From the sequence record MZ443783.1: DNA of 64,000 nucleotides. One strand, written 5' to 3'. A program made the translations under genes and the position numbers. Positions 16,760-26,012 of the stretch are shown here, in pieces (position 1 is the first letter of the stretch; every line of letters begins with the position of its first letter). A model generated the notes under the pieces. That model was not told the DNA's origin and searched no databases. It saw nothing but the letters and a program-made list of their open reading frames with translations.

Positions 16760-19291
16760 ATGGCGAAAACGAACAACAAGGCTGAGAAGAAGGCCGAGAA
16801 GAAAGCTAAAGTCAAAGCTCTGAAAAGCGGAGAAAAGGCAGTAGCTTCTGATGATATCGGCGGCGTTGAAATTCAAGGCTTCGACCTCGCAAGTTTGATG
16901 GACGATGTGCTTGACGGCATCGAAAAGAAAACGAAAGTAAGTTCGCAGGATGCAGCGCGACACGCACCGCGTATCTCAACAGGCTGTCTGGCGCTTGACA
17001 TGTATTTGTCTGGCGGTATCGTACCTGGCGGTTGGTACACATTCAGCGGCGGTGAGCAGTCATGTAAGTCAACAATGACCATGAGCATTATGGCGAGCCT
17101 GATTCGTCTGAAATACTCTGGCATTAGCGTAGTGTTCGACTACGAAGGTTCAACCGATGCCGAGTACGTTGCTGGTCAGTTGAAAACGTTCGGCGTTAAG
17201 GTCGACCCGAAAACTATCTTCGGTGTGCGTGACGATAAAGACGGTAGCTGGATCGTTAAGCCTAAGATCCGTTACTACGCACCAGACAACGGTGAGCGCT
17301 TCTTCGATTATATGTCGATGCTGCGTCGTCGTCTGCCTGACAAAATCGTTGAGAAAGACGGCACCGCGTATTACATCTTTGAGAACAACAAAGAGAACGC
17401 GAAGAAGCTGGCAGGCAAGTACGATAAGAAATGGTTCAGCCGTAACAACCAGTTCAAAGTACCTGCGCCAGACGGCCACATGCAGGCGATGGTTATCGTT
17501 GACTCCTATCCTGCGATGATGCCAGATCAGGTCGATGACGATGACGGCTCGAAAGCAATGGCGTTGCAAGCGCGTATGTTCTCTGACGGCATCAAACGTT
17601 TCCGTGGTGGTATGCGTCGTAAGATGATGACCATCGTGGGCGTTAACCAGTTGCGTCAGAAGCCTGCTGTGATGTTCGGTAGCCCTGAGTACGAGCCTGG
17701 TGGTGACGCGTTGAAGTTCTACTGCTTCGACCGTGACACTCTGATTCGTACTGACCACGGCGTATTGACTGCACCGCAGATTAAAGCGCTGATGGACGAA
17801 GGCAAAGAAGTTGCCGTTGAGTCGTTCGATGGTTATCAGAAAATCAACGGCGCATGGCTTGTCAATGACGCTCCGTTCCCGTTCGAACTGAATGCTGGTG
17901 GTCATGTGTATGTTGGCTCGGCCGAACATCGCCAGTTCACGTTCATGCACGATCTGACTGCCGAAGGTACTCCAGTTCTGCGTCCTGAATGGAACACGCT
18001 GAATCAACTGGCGCAGTACCCAGAGCAGAAAGGTCAGTACGCTGGTCTGCGTGTACCACCAGTTAAGGAACTGAAAGAGAATGTTCCTGACGCCTTCGAT
18101 GAAGCCTCACAACTGGTAAGCAATCTGCTTGGAAACTGCGACCCTGTTAGCAAGCAACTGCCGCTGGTGACTCACGGTGATACCACCTACGCTGCAAACT
18201 GTCTGTTCATCGACACTGTGGGCGAAGACACCGACACTGGTTCGTTCTCGTTCTGGGTAGAGAAGTTACTGGCCATCGGCGTATTTGCTTACGCTGACGA
18301 AAGCGGTATCTGGATTCCAGGTCTGAACAAACACGAACTGGAAGCGGCTGTAGCGCAGGACGAACTCGGTGCGTTTGCTGGTATCAGTTTTGAAGCGACC
18401 TGTCGTCAACGTCAGACTCAAATGCTGACCGTGATTGTCGATCACTTCCCTGAGCTGGTACGTTACGTTCTGGACTATCAGTTGCAGACGGGCAAAGACA
18501 AAATCTATCTGGCGCCTGAGAACGACTTCGCACAAGCGCTTGACCTGATTCTGCACAAAGAGATCGCTGGTTACGACGACTACTATGACCTGCTGATGTT
18601 CCAGCTGGCGTATGTCGATGACTGGTACAACTTCGATTCCTCAATTCTGCCTGTGCCGTTTACGCTTCGTGCGCTCAACGAACAGCGTGAGTTCTGGGAC
18701 GTGAACGTTGAAGAAACGTCGGTAGTAATCACCAACGGCTTCGTCAGTCACAACAGCGACGTGCGTGTGCGACTGGCTTCTCGTGCGGTACCAGAAGGCT
18801 GGCCGAAACTGAAAGATGCTCCTGGCATCGTCGGTGAGAAGTCGGTAACAGTTGAAGGAGGTACTGACCGCTATCGCTTCATCGCTGCTAAGACCATCAA
18901 GAACAAGATGGGCGGCATCCCTAACCAGCAGACGTGGTTACGTTTGTGGGAAGCTGACGGTAACGGTGAAGCTCGCGGTTTCGACCCAGTGTTCGATACG
19001 TGGCACTACCTGAAAACTCTGGGTCTGGTCAATGGTAGCCGTAAGTCGTTCAAGCTGAAAGCTCCGTGCCCGCTCGCATCTGATGTTAAGATGGATTGGG
19101 ATGACTTCCGTACACTCATCAACGGCAGCAAAGAACAAGTTGTTGGCGTGTGTAAGAAACTGAAAGTCAAACCTGCGGGCCTGCGTCTGTGGTGCTTCAA
19201 GTTCGTTCAGTCCACTAAGGGCAACGAAATGTTGAAGAACGCAATCAGTAAGTCTGCCAAGAAGTCTGATGACGACGACGGCGACGAGTAA
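16760..19291 (+). CDS. recA: RecA/UvsX recombinase precursor containing an intein
   Basis: ISTG..ALD..L.GG, Walker A variant GGEQSCKST, IVDS, LQARMFS, NQLRQK..VMFGSPE..PGG.ALKFY, KNK. Confidence 0.92.
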   Translation: MAKTNNKAEKKAEKKAKVKALKSGEKAVASDDIGGVEIQGFDLASLMDDVLDGIEKKTKVSSQDAARHAPRISTGCLALDMYLSGGIVPGGWYTFSGGEQSCKSTMTMSIMASLIRLKYSGISVVFDYEGSTDAEYVAGQLKTFGVKVDPKTIFGVRDDKDGSWIVKPKIRYYAPDNGERFFDYMSMLRRRLPDKIVEKDGTAYYIFENNKENAKKLAGKYDKKWFSRNNQFKVPAPDGHMQAMVIVDSYPAMMPDQVDDDDGSKAMALQARMFSDGIKRFRGGMRRKMMTIVGVNQLRQKPAVMFGSPEYEPGGDALKFYCFDRDTLIRTDHGVLTAPQIKALMDEGKEVAVESFDGYQKINGAWLVNDAPFPFELNAGGHVYVGSAEHRQFTFMHDLTAEGTPVLRPEWNTLNQLAQYPEQKGQYAGLRVPPVKELKENVPDAFDEASQLVSNLLGNCDPVSKQLPLVTHGDTTYAANCLFIDTVGEDTDTGSFSFWVEKLLAIGVFAYADESGIWIPGLNKHELEAAVAQDELGAFAGISFEATCRQRQTQMLTVIVDHFPELVRYVLDYQLQTGKDKIYLAPENDFAQALDLILHKEIAGYDDYYDLLMFQLAYVDDWYNFDSSILPVPFTLRALNEQREFWDVNVEETSVVITNGFVSHNSDVRVRLASRAVPEGWPKLKDAPGIVGEKSVTVEGGTDRYRFIAAKTIKNKMGGIPNQQTWLRLWEADGNGEARGFDPVFDTWHYLKTLGLVNGSRKSFKLKAPCPLASDVKMDWDDFRTLINGSKEQVVGVCKKLKVKPAGLRLWCFKFVQSTKGNEMLKNAISKSAKKSDDDDGDE
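17723..18754 (+). mobile_element. intein (344 aa) in RecA
   Basis: Starts CFDRDTLI after ALKFY, has a block-B-like GSAEHRQF, ends GFVSHN followed by Ser; excision restores ALKFY-SDVRVRL. Confidence 0.92.
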
Positions 19292-19297
19292 TAAATA

Positions 19298-19323
19298 GGC
19301 GGGCTTCGGCTCGCCCTTTCTTT
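19298..19323 (+). terminator. intrinsic terminator
   Basis: GGCGGGC-TTCG-GCTCGCC-CTTTCTTT. Confidence 0.8.
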
Positions 19324-19333
19324 GGAGAAAGAA

Positions 19334-19762
19334 ATGCGCACTCAAATCTATACGGCTGATATCGTCAATCTGGAAACAGTGGTCGTTGACGAAGAAGGTC
19401 AAGAGACACGCAGTCCGACAATCGTTCCTAATCTCGAAGGCGAACGTGATCTGACTGTTAGCACTCTCGGTACTATCATGGCTACCGTGACCGCTGAACC
19501 AAATCCTGACGCTCGCATGATCGTTCTGGTGTCACGCGCTCTGTTCCCTGCTTTCGCAGACCCTGAAGGTGACCTGTTCGATATCTTCGATCCGATCGAA
19601 CGTGTTGCTGATGTTGTTGCTGGAAACGTCGGCAGCATTCTCGGTATGCAGGTAGTAATCAACGATAAGTCCGACGACAACGTTCTGGCTATCGCTGATG
19701 TTCTTGATACCGAAGCTGGCGTTACTATTCGCACCTTCGGCGCTGCGCTCGTTCGCGCGTAA
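19334..19762 (+). CDS. hypothetical protein
   Basis: GGAG RBS before ATG 19334. Confidence 0.75.
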   Translation: MRTQIYTADIVNLETVVVDEEGQETRSPTIVPNLEGERDLTVSTLGTIMATVTAEPNPDARMIVLVSRALFPAFADPEGDLFDIFDPIERVADVVAGNVGSILGMQVVINDKSDDNVLAIADVLDTEAGVTIRTFGAALVRA

Positions 19763-19768
19763 GTAAAC

Positions 19769-19796
19769 TTGTGCGGGATAATGCTTTCCCGCACAA
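19769..19796. other. perfect 10-bp stem-loop
   Basis: TTGTGCGGGA-TAATGCTT-TCCCGCACAA, no U tract. Confidence 0.7.
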
Positions 19797-19803
19797 TCCC
19801 TCT

Positions 19804-19856
19804 CTCGATAGGCAATACGCCACGAGAAAACAAACCACTCGATAGGCAATACGCCA
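19804..19856 (+). repeat. 19-bp direct repeat x2 (CTCGATAGGCAATACGCCA), period 34
   Basis: Copies at 19804-19822 and 19838-19856; each can fold; the second abuts the SD. Confidence 0.9.
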
Positions 19857-19866
19857 GGAGTAATGT

Positions 19867-20568
19867 ATGAAAAAGATTCAACACGTAACACTTCCGACCG
19901 ATGCACTCAACGGACTCATTCATGGCTATTACCACCATAGCAAAACCACTGATGAATTTTGCAGATCGTTGATCTATATTGACGTTACCGACCGCAGCGC
20001 CTCAGATGCGCTGTATGCTATATTGAAACGTGAGCCGACAAAAGGCATTGTCCCTATGGGATATGATTGCTTACGAGAAGCACGTGGGCACACTGCTCCA
20101 GCACAACTCGCAATCGTATTGTCCAACAACCTGTTGCATATAGATAATACGAAGATGGCTGGAGGCGTACAGGCCATCTTTAACGCTCTGGCCAGAACCA
20201 CGCACACCAACGATACTCAAATAACTGTGTACGGCGAGCCTGGAGTAAGTAAGATTCTCAACATAATGCGCGACATTCAATATAAAGAATATATTAACGC
20301 GCCTGAATCCGACATTGTGCTTGGCGACTTTAACCTTGAGTCGAACATGACTATAGACCATTTCGTTCACATGGCTATCGATCCTAAGTTCGAAGAAGCT
20401 ATCCGCAATTCTCCTGCCACAGAATTTAAACTGGGCAGCAGTTTCATGTTCATGCACCCAGATGAATTGACTAAGGTTGTACGCATGGTCCGCCGTTGCA
20501 GTAAAATCTGCATCATGCACCCTGACATTCATCGCTATTACTTTGAGAACGTAATCTGTAAATACTAA
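19867..20568 (+). CDS. hypothetical protein (233 aa)
   Basis: AGGAG RBS; probable paralog of 21718-22485. Confidence 0.75.
   Translation: MKKIQHVTLPTDALNGLIHGYYHHSKTTDEFCRSLIYIDVTDRSASDALYAILKREPTKGIVPMGYDCLREARGHTAPAQLAIVLSNNLLHIDNTKMAGGVQAIFNALARTTHTNDTQITVYGEPGVSKILNIMRDIQYKEYINAPESDIVLGDFNLESNMTIDHFVHMAIDPKFEEAIRNSPATEFKLGSSFMFMHPDELTKVVRMVRRCSKICIMHPDIHRYYFENVICKY
20553..20563 (+). promoter_or_regulatory. AATCTGTAAAT motif
   Basis: Exact motif at the 3' end of 19867-20568. Confidence 0.5.
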
Positions 20569-20616
20569 TCACCAAACCGAACACATTGCTGTGTGTAGTC
20601 TAGCCCGACTTGGGCA

Positions 20617-20647
20617 GGGGAGAGCCGGATGGCCTCCCCATTTTTTT
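20617..20647 (+). terminator. intrinsic terminator
   Basis: GGGGAGAGCC-GGAT-GGCCTCCCC-A-T7. Confidence 0.85.
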
Positions 20648-20670
20648 ATCTACACGCTGCGGAGAACAGT

Positions 20671-21672
20671 ATGTCTAAAACGAAGTCAACTCCACAGACC
20701 TTCCTCGACCTATTCTTAAAGGATGTTAAGCTCTTTCTGCCAAGGTTCGACAAAGGACTGGACGCGTACTTATTGAAGTGCAAAGGCAAGCCGGGTCCTT
20801 ATGGCGTATCGCTTCATCAATACATGAAGTGGCTAAATCCTGTAGCGCGACTTCCTGCCAACGCAAGCGAAGTGTCTATCATCACATCAGGCTACCTGCA
20901 TTACTTTTGGCAACTCGCTAAACCTAACTTTGTGTTGGAGCCTGTGCTTGTCAATCATTTGGTTGAGTCTGTGTTGCCTGACGAACTCCCGGCTGAGATT
21001 CTTCAACGTCTGCCTTACTGGAGTCAGTGGATTACGTTGCCTCTGCATCTGGTAAGCAAAGACAATATTCTGGATCTGGACTTCGATGGTGCTTTCGTTG
21101 GGTATACATCAATCGACAACAGACCTGCGCTTGTCCTTGCGGCACCGTTTGTTTCCAACAATCAAAACATGCGCTCGAACGACTTCACACCGTTCGTTAC
21201 ATCGCATGTATTTCTTGATGCTCCTGTACGTCCAGAGTTTTTGGTAAGGAACAGCCACATACTCAACGTTGATGCAGACGCAATGAGCAAAGAAGCATAC
21301 ACCGTATTGATAATGAACATTCACCACTTCCTGGTGAAAGTGATCAACTGTGTCATGTATATCTGCTCGCAACAGGAAGCACTGTATCAGGAAGGTCATT
21401 CTCAACCTAAGCCGCAGCGTCTAGGTAAGAGCTATCGCATCACGCCACCGAAAGATGATCGCATGATCACGGTGGGCGCCGAGATGACCAAGATACTCAA
21501 AGACTTCGAAGCAGAAGTCGAATCGTGTGCTCGCGCTTTCAATGGGCGTAAGCCGCATATACGAAAAGCGCACTACCACCACTTCTGGACAGGACCGAAA
21601 GTAGGAGTTCGTACCCTTGTCTGTAAGTGGTTGCCACCAAGTATTGTTCGCGGCACCATCGTAGAGCAATAA
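20671..21672 (+). CDS. hypothetical protein with C-terminal PHIRKAHYHHFW motif
   Basis: GGAG RBS before ATG 20671. Confidence 0.8.
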   Translation: MSKTKSTPQTFLDLFLKDVKLFLPRFDKGLDAYLLKCKGKPGPYGVSLHQYMKWLNPVARLPANASEVSIITSGYLHYFWQLAKPNFVLEPVLVNHLVESVLPDELPAEILQRLPYWSQWITLPLHLVSKDNILDLDFDGAFVGYTSIDNRPALVLAAPFVSNNQNMRSNDFTPFVTSHVFLDAPVRPEFLVRNSHILNVDADAMSKEAYTVLIMNIHHFLVKVINCVMYICSQQEALYQEGHSQPKPQRLGKSYRITPPKDDRMITVGAEMTKILKDFEAEVESCARAFNGRKPHIRKAHYHHFWTGPKVGVRTLVCKWLPPSIVRGTIVEQ

Positions 21673-21717
21673 CTTTTATCTCAACTCCACGTATGGGCGT
21701 TATGCCCGGAGGCTATT

Positions 21718-22485
21718 ATGAAATCTCGTGTACAACATGCGTATATTCCTGATATGGAATCGTTTGACCCTTACGTCCGCTCTCTGTGCCATATGGCGCG
21801 AGCACTGGACACACCGAACTCTAACTACGGTAAGTTGAAACGTGTCGTGATCATCGGTACGTCGAAGCGTGTGGTTGAGGCATACGTTAAGCAGTTACTC
21901 AACACAAACACGCTGCCGCACACTCTCATTTGTTTTGGCGTAGACGAACCGCCTATCAGTCACCGTGATTATACCTACGCTGGCGCCCACGTTGTGCTGA
22001 TGCACGATCTGACCTACGTTGATAGCGGCACAATGGACAAGGTCGCCACGCGTGTGATTGAAATCATCGACAGCCTCAAACAGAAGCCCGGCGAAACAGA
22101 ACTTAAAAATTCCGAGCTGTCTATGGTGTATTCGAATCCTCTGCTGTGGCGATCCATTATCGACTACGGTGCTTCCGTTTCTCTGCGCATGAATGGTAGC
22201 AATATTGAATACCGTAGCGGTCTGGTGTCGTCTATTGGCTTCGATGCGTTGTTACGTTGTGAAAGCAATGCAGACTACCATGAACTTCGCGCTGATAAGA
22301 TTACGATCGGTCTGGAGTTCTTCTGCGTACACACGGACTACCTGCTGTCAAAAGTACACAACCTGCTGTGGTCGCTCGCTTGTGACGACTGCAAATTCAA
22401 AAAGACGCACCGTATTATCTTCCATGAAGACTTCCGACGCTTATTCTTCGAAGAATATCTCTTGAGGGACTTCCAGGGCTTTTAA
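21718..22485 (+). CDS. hypothetical protein (255 aa)
   Basis: GGAGG RBS. Confidence 0.8.
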   Translation: MKSRVQHAYIPDMESFDPYVRSLCHMARALDTPNSNYGKLKRVVIIGTSKRVVEAYVKQLLNTNTLPHTLICFGVDEPPISHRDYTYAGAHVVLMHDLTYVDSGTMDKVATRVIEIIDSLKQKPGETELKNSELSMVYSNPLLWRSIIDYGASVSLRMNGSNIEYRSGLVSSIGFDALLRCESNADYHELRADKITIGLEFFCVHTDYLLSKVHNLLWSLACDDCKFKKTHRIIFHEDFRRLFFEEYLLRDFQGF

Positions 22486-22558
22486 GATTATTCTTAGCCT
22501 GCTCTCTAATTTCAATATGTTGGCAAGTAGTGCTGACATATCGTTATTGGAGAATAAC

Positions 22559-22819
22559 ATGTGCGAACGTAGCCATTTGCGGTTGAAGTACCTCGCACGG
22601 TCATCTGGCTGGTGCAATAATAAAGTAAACGCTTGTAGTGAGCGGAAGGCGAAGAATGTACAATGCGAAGAATTTTTGGCAGCGACCAAAGATTGCCGCA
22701 GCGAACAGAAGTCGTCCAGTGTTGTTTCATTCTTCAAAGGTCATGAGCTGGTTGGTCAGGCTATATGGCATGAGATAGAGGGAGACAGCACACTTCAATT
22801 CCGGTTGCTACTTGCTTAA
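22559..22819 (+). CDS. hypothetical protein (86 aa)
   Basis: GGAG RBS before ATG 22559; ends before a terminator. Confidence 0.45.
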   Translation: MCERSHLRLKYLARSSGWCNNKVNACSERKAKNVQCEEFLAATKDCRSEQKSSSVVSFFKGHELVGQAIWHEIEGDSTLQFRLLLA

Positions 22820-22825
22820 CGACAG

Positions 22826-22868
22826 AGGGCCCATCAGAGTAATATCTGGTGGGCCCTTTCTTCTTTCT
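22826..22868 (+). terminator. intrinsic terminator
   Basis: AGGGCCCATCAGA-GTAATA-TCTGGTGGGCCCT-TTCTTCTTT. Confidence 0.85.
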
Positions 22869-22917
22869 ATGCTAATTTTTAACGTCATTACACACCAACC
22901 GACTTCGGGGTATCACT

Positions 22918-24606
22918 ATGTCTTTGATTAAGATCGAAGGCGTCCAATCATTATCTGCGCCTACCAAAGCCCAGAAAGACGCCGCAATTTATATGTTTGG
23001 TTCTAAGGGCCATTCAATCGTCGCCGTACTCGACAAGTTCAGTCGTGTAAAAGAACTGCGTACTGCCCACATTGACGGTCTGCTCAAGCTGATGAAAGAA
23101 GGTGAAGATGACGAGATCGTCAAGTTCACTGCATCGGCTGCTGGTAAGAAATCTCTGGCTGCGGCCAAGCAATTCGCTACAGCCAAAACTCTGGCTATGT
23201 CCATCAAAGCGCTGAAACTGATTCGCGTTCCGATGAAGTGGATCGCTGGTCACTCTGATGCAGCAGCGGCCCGTATCACCGAGACGAAAGAAATTCGCGC
23301 TCGTAAGACTGCTGGCAACAAGCCAGAGAAGCCAATCAAACTCGATAATCCTCATGCGCCAGAAGCGACAACGGCCGAACAGACCAAGCAGAACTCTGCC
23401 TTGAGCAAAATCTACAAGCTGCCTAAAAACGGCAATGGTTATGACAATAAACTGTCTCCGCAGTGGAACGCCCTGATTAAAACAATCAACACTACCTTCA
23501 AAGGGATGTTCGCTGCCAAGTGGATCAAAGCCGAAGGTGCTATTCGCATCACGCCTAAAGGTCCTGGGTATCGCTCAATCCCTGAAGCCTTCTTGGGTGC
23601 TATCCCTGAAGACAATAGCTGGCAGATGTATACCGTGTCACCGCGCGGGCAGGTTGAAGGCTACGCTATCGGCAATCAACTGACTATGGCTTCTGTTGCT
23701 ATATTCATGCGTGACTTCATGGCGACCAAGAAGACTCCTGATGTTGCAGCCATCAATAAGATGGTTGCTGGCGCTACTGCGTTCAACACAGAAGTCCTGC
23801 ACACCGAAGAGAACAGCCCAGAACTGAAAGAACTGGGTGATGCTCAACGCAAGCTGGACGCAGAAGGTGTAGCAAAAGGCGCCATCAACTCTGTTACCAA
23901 GATCACTTCGGCTAACGTGTCTAAGATTACACGTGGAGCGCAGATTAAGATCGAAGAACAGTTGAACAGCAAGCTGGGGAATGTTCTGTATAACGCAAAC
24001 TTCCGTGAGAAAGGCACCTACCCAGCGCTCGATGGTTACCTGTTTGAAATGACTCAGGCGACTAAGCATAGCGGTTCGGGCAACAAGTACGCAGCGTTCG
24101 CACTGATTCCTCCTCAGAAAGGTACTCAACTTGCAGGTCAGACTTGGCGTGTAGCGGCATTTAACATGGGCCGCCAGACTGCCACTGACCTGATTGATAT
24201 CGGTGCTAAGTTCTCTCTGGCGAAAGTGAAGTCTGCTATCAAACAGATTGACGGCGTTTCTTCTGCAAAGTACACACCGTCAGGTAAGTCGCCTGACTCT
24301 TTGGTGGATGAAATCGCAGAAACCCCTGCTCGTAAAATCGCAGCAATGCCTTTACAGGGACGCGAAGAATACTTCAACGCCCTGAACGCTGTCATTCAGC
24401 GTAACATGCCTCACGCAAACGTGATTGTGTCTTCTGATGGCCTGACGATAACAAAAGGCAGTAAGATGCACACCGTGAGCCTGACTGATAAAGGCTGGTT
24501 CATTAAGACTGGCGCCACAGGCAAACCAAAACGTATCGGCGTAACGTTCGATATTGTTGACCTGCTCGGCATGATCGACAAGAGCATTCTCAAACCTAAA
24601 GCGTAA
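22918..24606 (+). CDS. hypothetical A/K-rich protein (562 aa), possibly virion-internal
   Basis: Long ORF flanked by terminators; no recognised motif. Confidence 0.8.
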   Translation: MSLIKIEGVQSLSAPTKAQKDAAIYMFGSKGHSIVAVLDKFSRVKELRTAHIDGLLKLMKEGEDDEIVKFTASAAGKKSLAAAKQFATAKTLAMSIKALKLIRVPMKWIAGHSDAAAARITETKEIRARKTAGNKPEKPIKLDNPHAPEATTAEQTKQNSALSKIYKLPKNGNGYDNKLSPQWNALIKTINTTFKGMFAAKWIKAEGAIRITPKGPGYRSIPEAFLGAIPEDNSWQMYTVSPRGQVEGYAIGNQLTMASVAIFMRDFMATKKTPDVAAINKMVAGATAFNTEVLHTEENSPELKELGDAQRKLDAEGVAKGAINSVTKITSANVSKITRGAQIKIEEQLNSKLGNVLYNANFREKGTYPALDGYLFEMTQATKHSGSGNKYAAFALIPPQKGTQLAGQTWRVAAFNMGRQTATDLIDIGAKFSLAKVKSAIKQIDGVSSAKYTPSGKSPDSLVDEIAETPARKIAAMPLQGREEYFNALNAVIQRNMPHANVIVSSDGLTITKGSKMHTVSLTDKGWFIKTGATGKPKRIGVTFDIVDLLGMIDKSILKPKA

Positions 24607-24608
24607 TC

Positions 24609-24637
24609 AAAAGGGGTGGCTTCGGCTGCCCCTTTTT
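24609..24637 (+). terminator. intrinsic terminator
   Basis: AAAAGGGGTGGC-TTCG-GCTGCCCCTTTTT. Confidence 0.9.
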
Positions 24638-24670
24638 GCGTCTATATGCGCCACAAATCTGATGAACTCT

Positions 24671-24723
24671 GCACATAATAGGATGAAATCGCCATGTACG
24701 CGCCCGTGCGCCCGTGATACAAT
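24671..24723 (+). promoter_or_regulatory. early promoter cassette 1
   Basis: GCACATAATAGGATGAAATCG, 26 nt, then TACAAT with TG extension. Confidence 0.8.
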
Positions 24724-24776
24724 ACACGTAGACGCTACATGTCGTAGCGCATACAACTACTGCCGAGGGGCACACA

Positions 24777-25151
24777 ATGACTGCTATCAAATTTGATTCT
24801 GTTTACGACATTCTTACCGAGATGGACGAATGCGCCAGAGATGTTGACTTCACCAAGACTCTTGGCTTCGACCCAATCAAAGTAGAAATTCTGCAATGCG
24901 GTCTGCAAGAAGATCTCGGCGTGTACGCGTGTTTGCCGAACGCCACAAACATTCTGATTGCCGATTCGACTGACCTGTTCTCTGAGCACCTTAAAGGTGA
25001 CGGCGAAATCACAGTCTGCCGAATCTTAACGCCTAACGGCGAGATGTTCGATGAGCCAGAAGTCGAAGTCAAACAGCTTGGCACGTTCAATGATTTTGAT
25101 TCAGCTTATGCTGCATGGTTAGCGGCGATTAACGAAGAAATCGACAAATAA
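24777..25151 (+). CDS. hypothetical acidic early protein (124 aa)
   Basis: GAGGGG RBS in a hairpin. Confidence 0.8.
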   Translation: MTAIKFDSVYDILTEMDECARDVDFTKTLGFDPIKVEILQCGLQEDLGVYACLPNATNILIADSTDLFSEHLKGDGEITVCRILTPNGEMFDEPEVEVKQLGTFNDFDSAYAAWLAAINEEIDK

Positions 25152-25196
25152 TAGGTCAAAAGCGCTGTAGCAATGCAGCGCTATTTATCGTACTAT
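25144..25196 (+). promoter_or_regulatory. early promoter cassette 2
   Basis: ACAAATAATAGGTCAAAAGCG, 26 nt, TACTAT. Confidence 0.7.
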
Positions 25197-25248
25197 GTAA
25201 TCTCTGGCGCAATGATGCGCACATACAACACTTGCCGAGGGGCACACA

Positions 25249-25950
25249 ATGAAAGCAGCAAACTTTGACGTAGCATTTAACGCGAAAGACGAAGCAACCT
25301 TAAACGCATACGCAGCGAAAATTCTCGAAGCGCTTAACGCTCTGGGGCGTTATGACCTGAAGATCAATATCATCTTCGGCACTGACCCGTTCGGCGAACG
25401 CCCTGATTTTGTGAATGACCCGAACGGTTTTCGCGTTACACAGAACGGCGAAGAAATTTTTGATATCTACACGCCGACAGAAAAACAGATTGAAGGCGAT
25501 GCGTCAGATGCTTTCATCTACGCTTCATGGGCCGACGGCGAAGCGCCGTGGGGTAAAGACGTGTCAGACAATGACATTGCAGAAATCGCCGAACACCTGA
25601 ACGCTGCAATCCCGCGTGTCGGCCGTGTATTCAACGAATCTGATCGTCAGATGCTGCAAAAACTCGCCGACACTTTGAACGCTCGTATGGATCGTACCGA
25701 TGCGCGAGTGATCGTAACGAACGGCGCCGAAGACGATCTCATTGTTATGGTTGTTGGTTACGACGAAGAAGAAGATGAAGTCAGTGATGAATACGGCTTC
25801 TTCTTGAGCCTGCCGTACACCGATGAAGGCGGCACAGACGAGAAATACAGTCTGCACTACGCTGGCTACCCAGGCGTGAACGACCACTCATATAGCTCTG
25901 CTGACCTCGACGAGATCTCAGAAGAAATCGAAGCGCTCGATCTGCTCTAA
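25249..25950 (+). CDS. hypothetical acidic early protein (233 aa)
   Basis: Leader nearly identical to that of 24777. Confidence 0.8.
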   Translation: MKAANFDVAFNAKDEATLNAYAAKILEALNALGRYDLKINIIFGTDPFGERPDFVNDPNGFRVTQNGEEIFDIYTPTEKQIEGDASDAFIYASWADGEAPWGKDVSDNDIAEIAEHLNAAIPRVGRVFNESDRQMLQKLADTLNARMDRTDARVIVTNGAEDDLIVMVVGYDEEEDEVSDEYGFFLSLPYTDEGGTDEKYSLHYAGYPGVNDHSYSSADLDEISEEIEALDLL

Positions 25951-25963
25951 TCACTAACTAACT

Positions 25964-25987
25964 GCGGGGTTACGGCCCCGCTTACTT
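25964..25987 (+). terminator. probable terminator
   Basis: GCGGGG-TTACGG-CCCCGC-TTACTT. Confidence 0.55.
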
Positions 25988-26012
25988 CACAATCTAATTG
26001 AGAGAACATGCC

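Noticed and set aside
17900-18600. Active LAGLIDADG homing endonuclease in the intein
   Set aside because: No recognisable block C/E motifs by eye
19804-19856. Direct repeats as a mini-CRISPR array
   Set aside because: Only two 19-bp copies with a 15-nt spacer and no cas operon; the Cas4-like gene is 11 kb away
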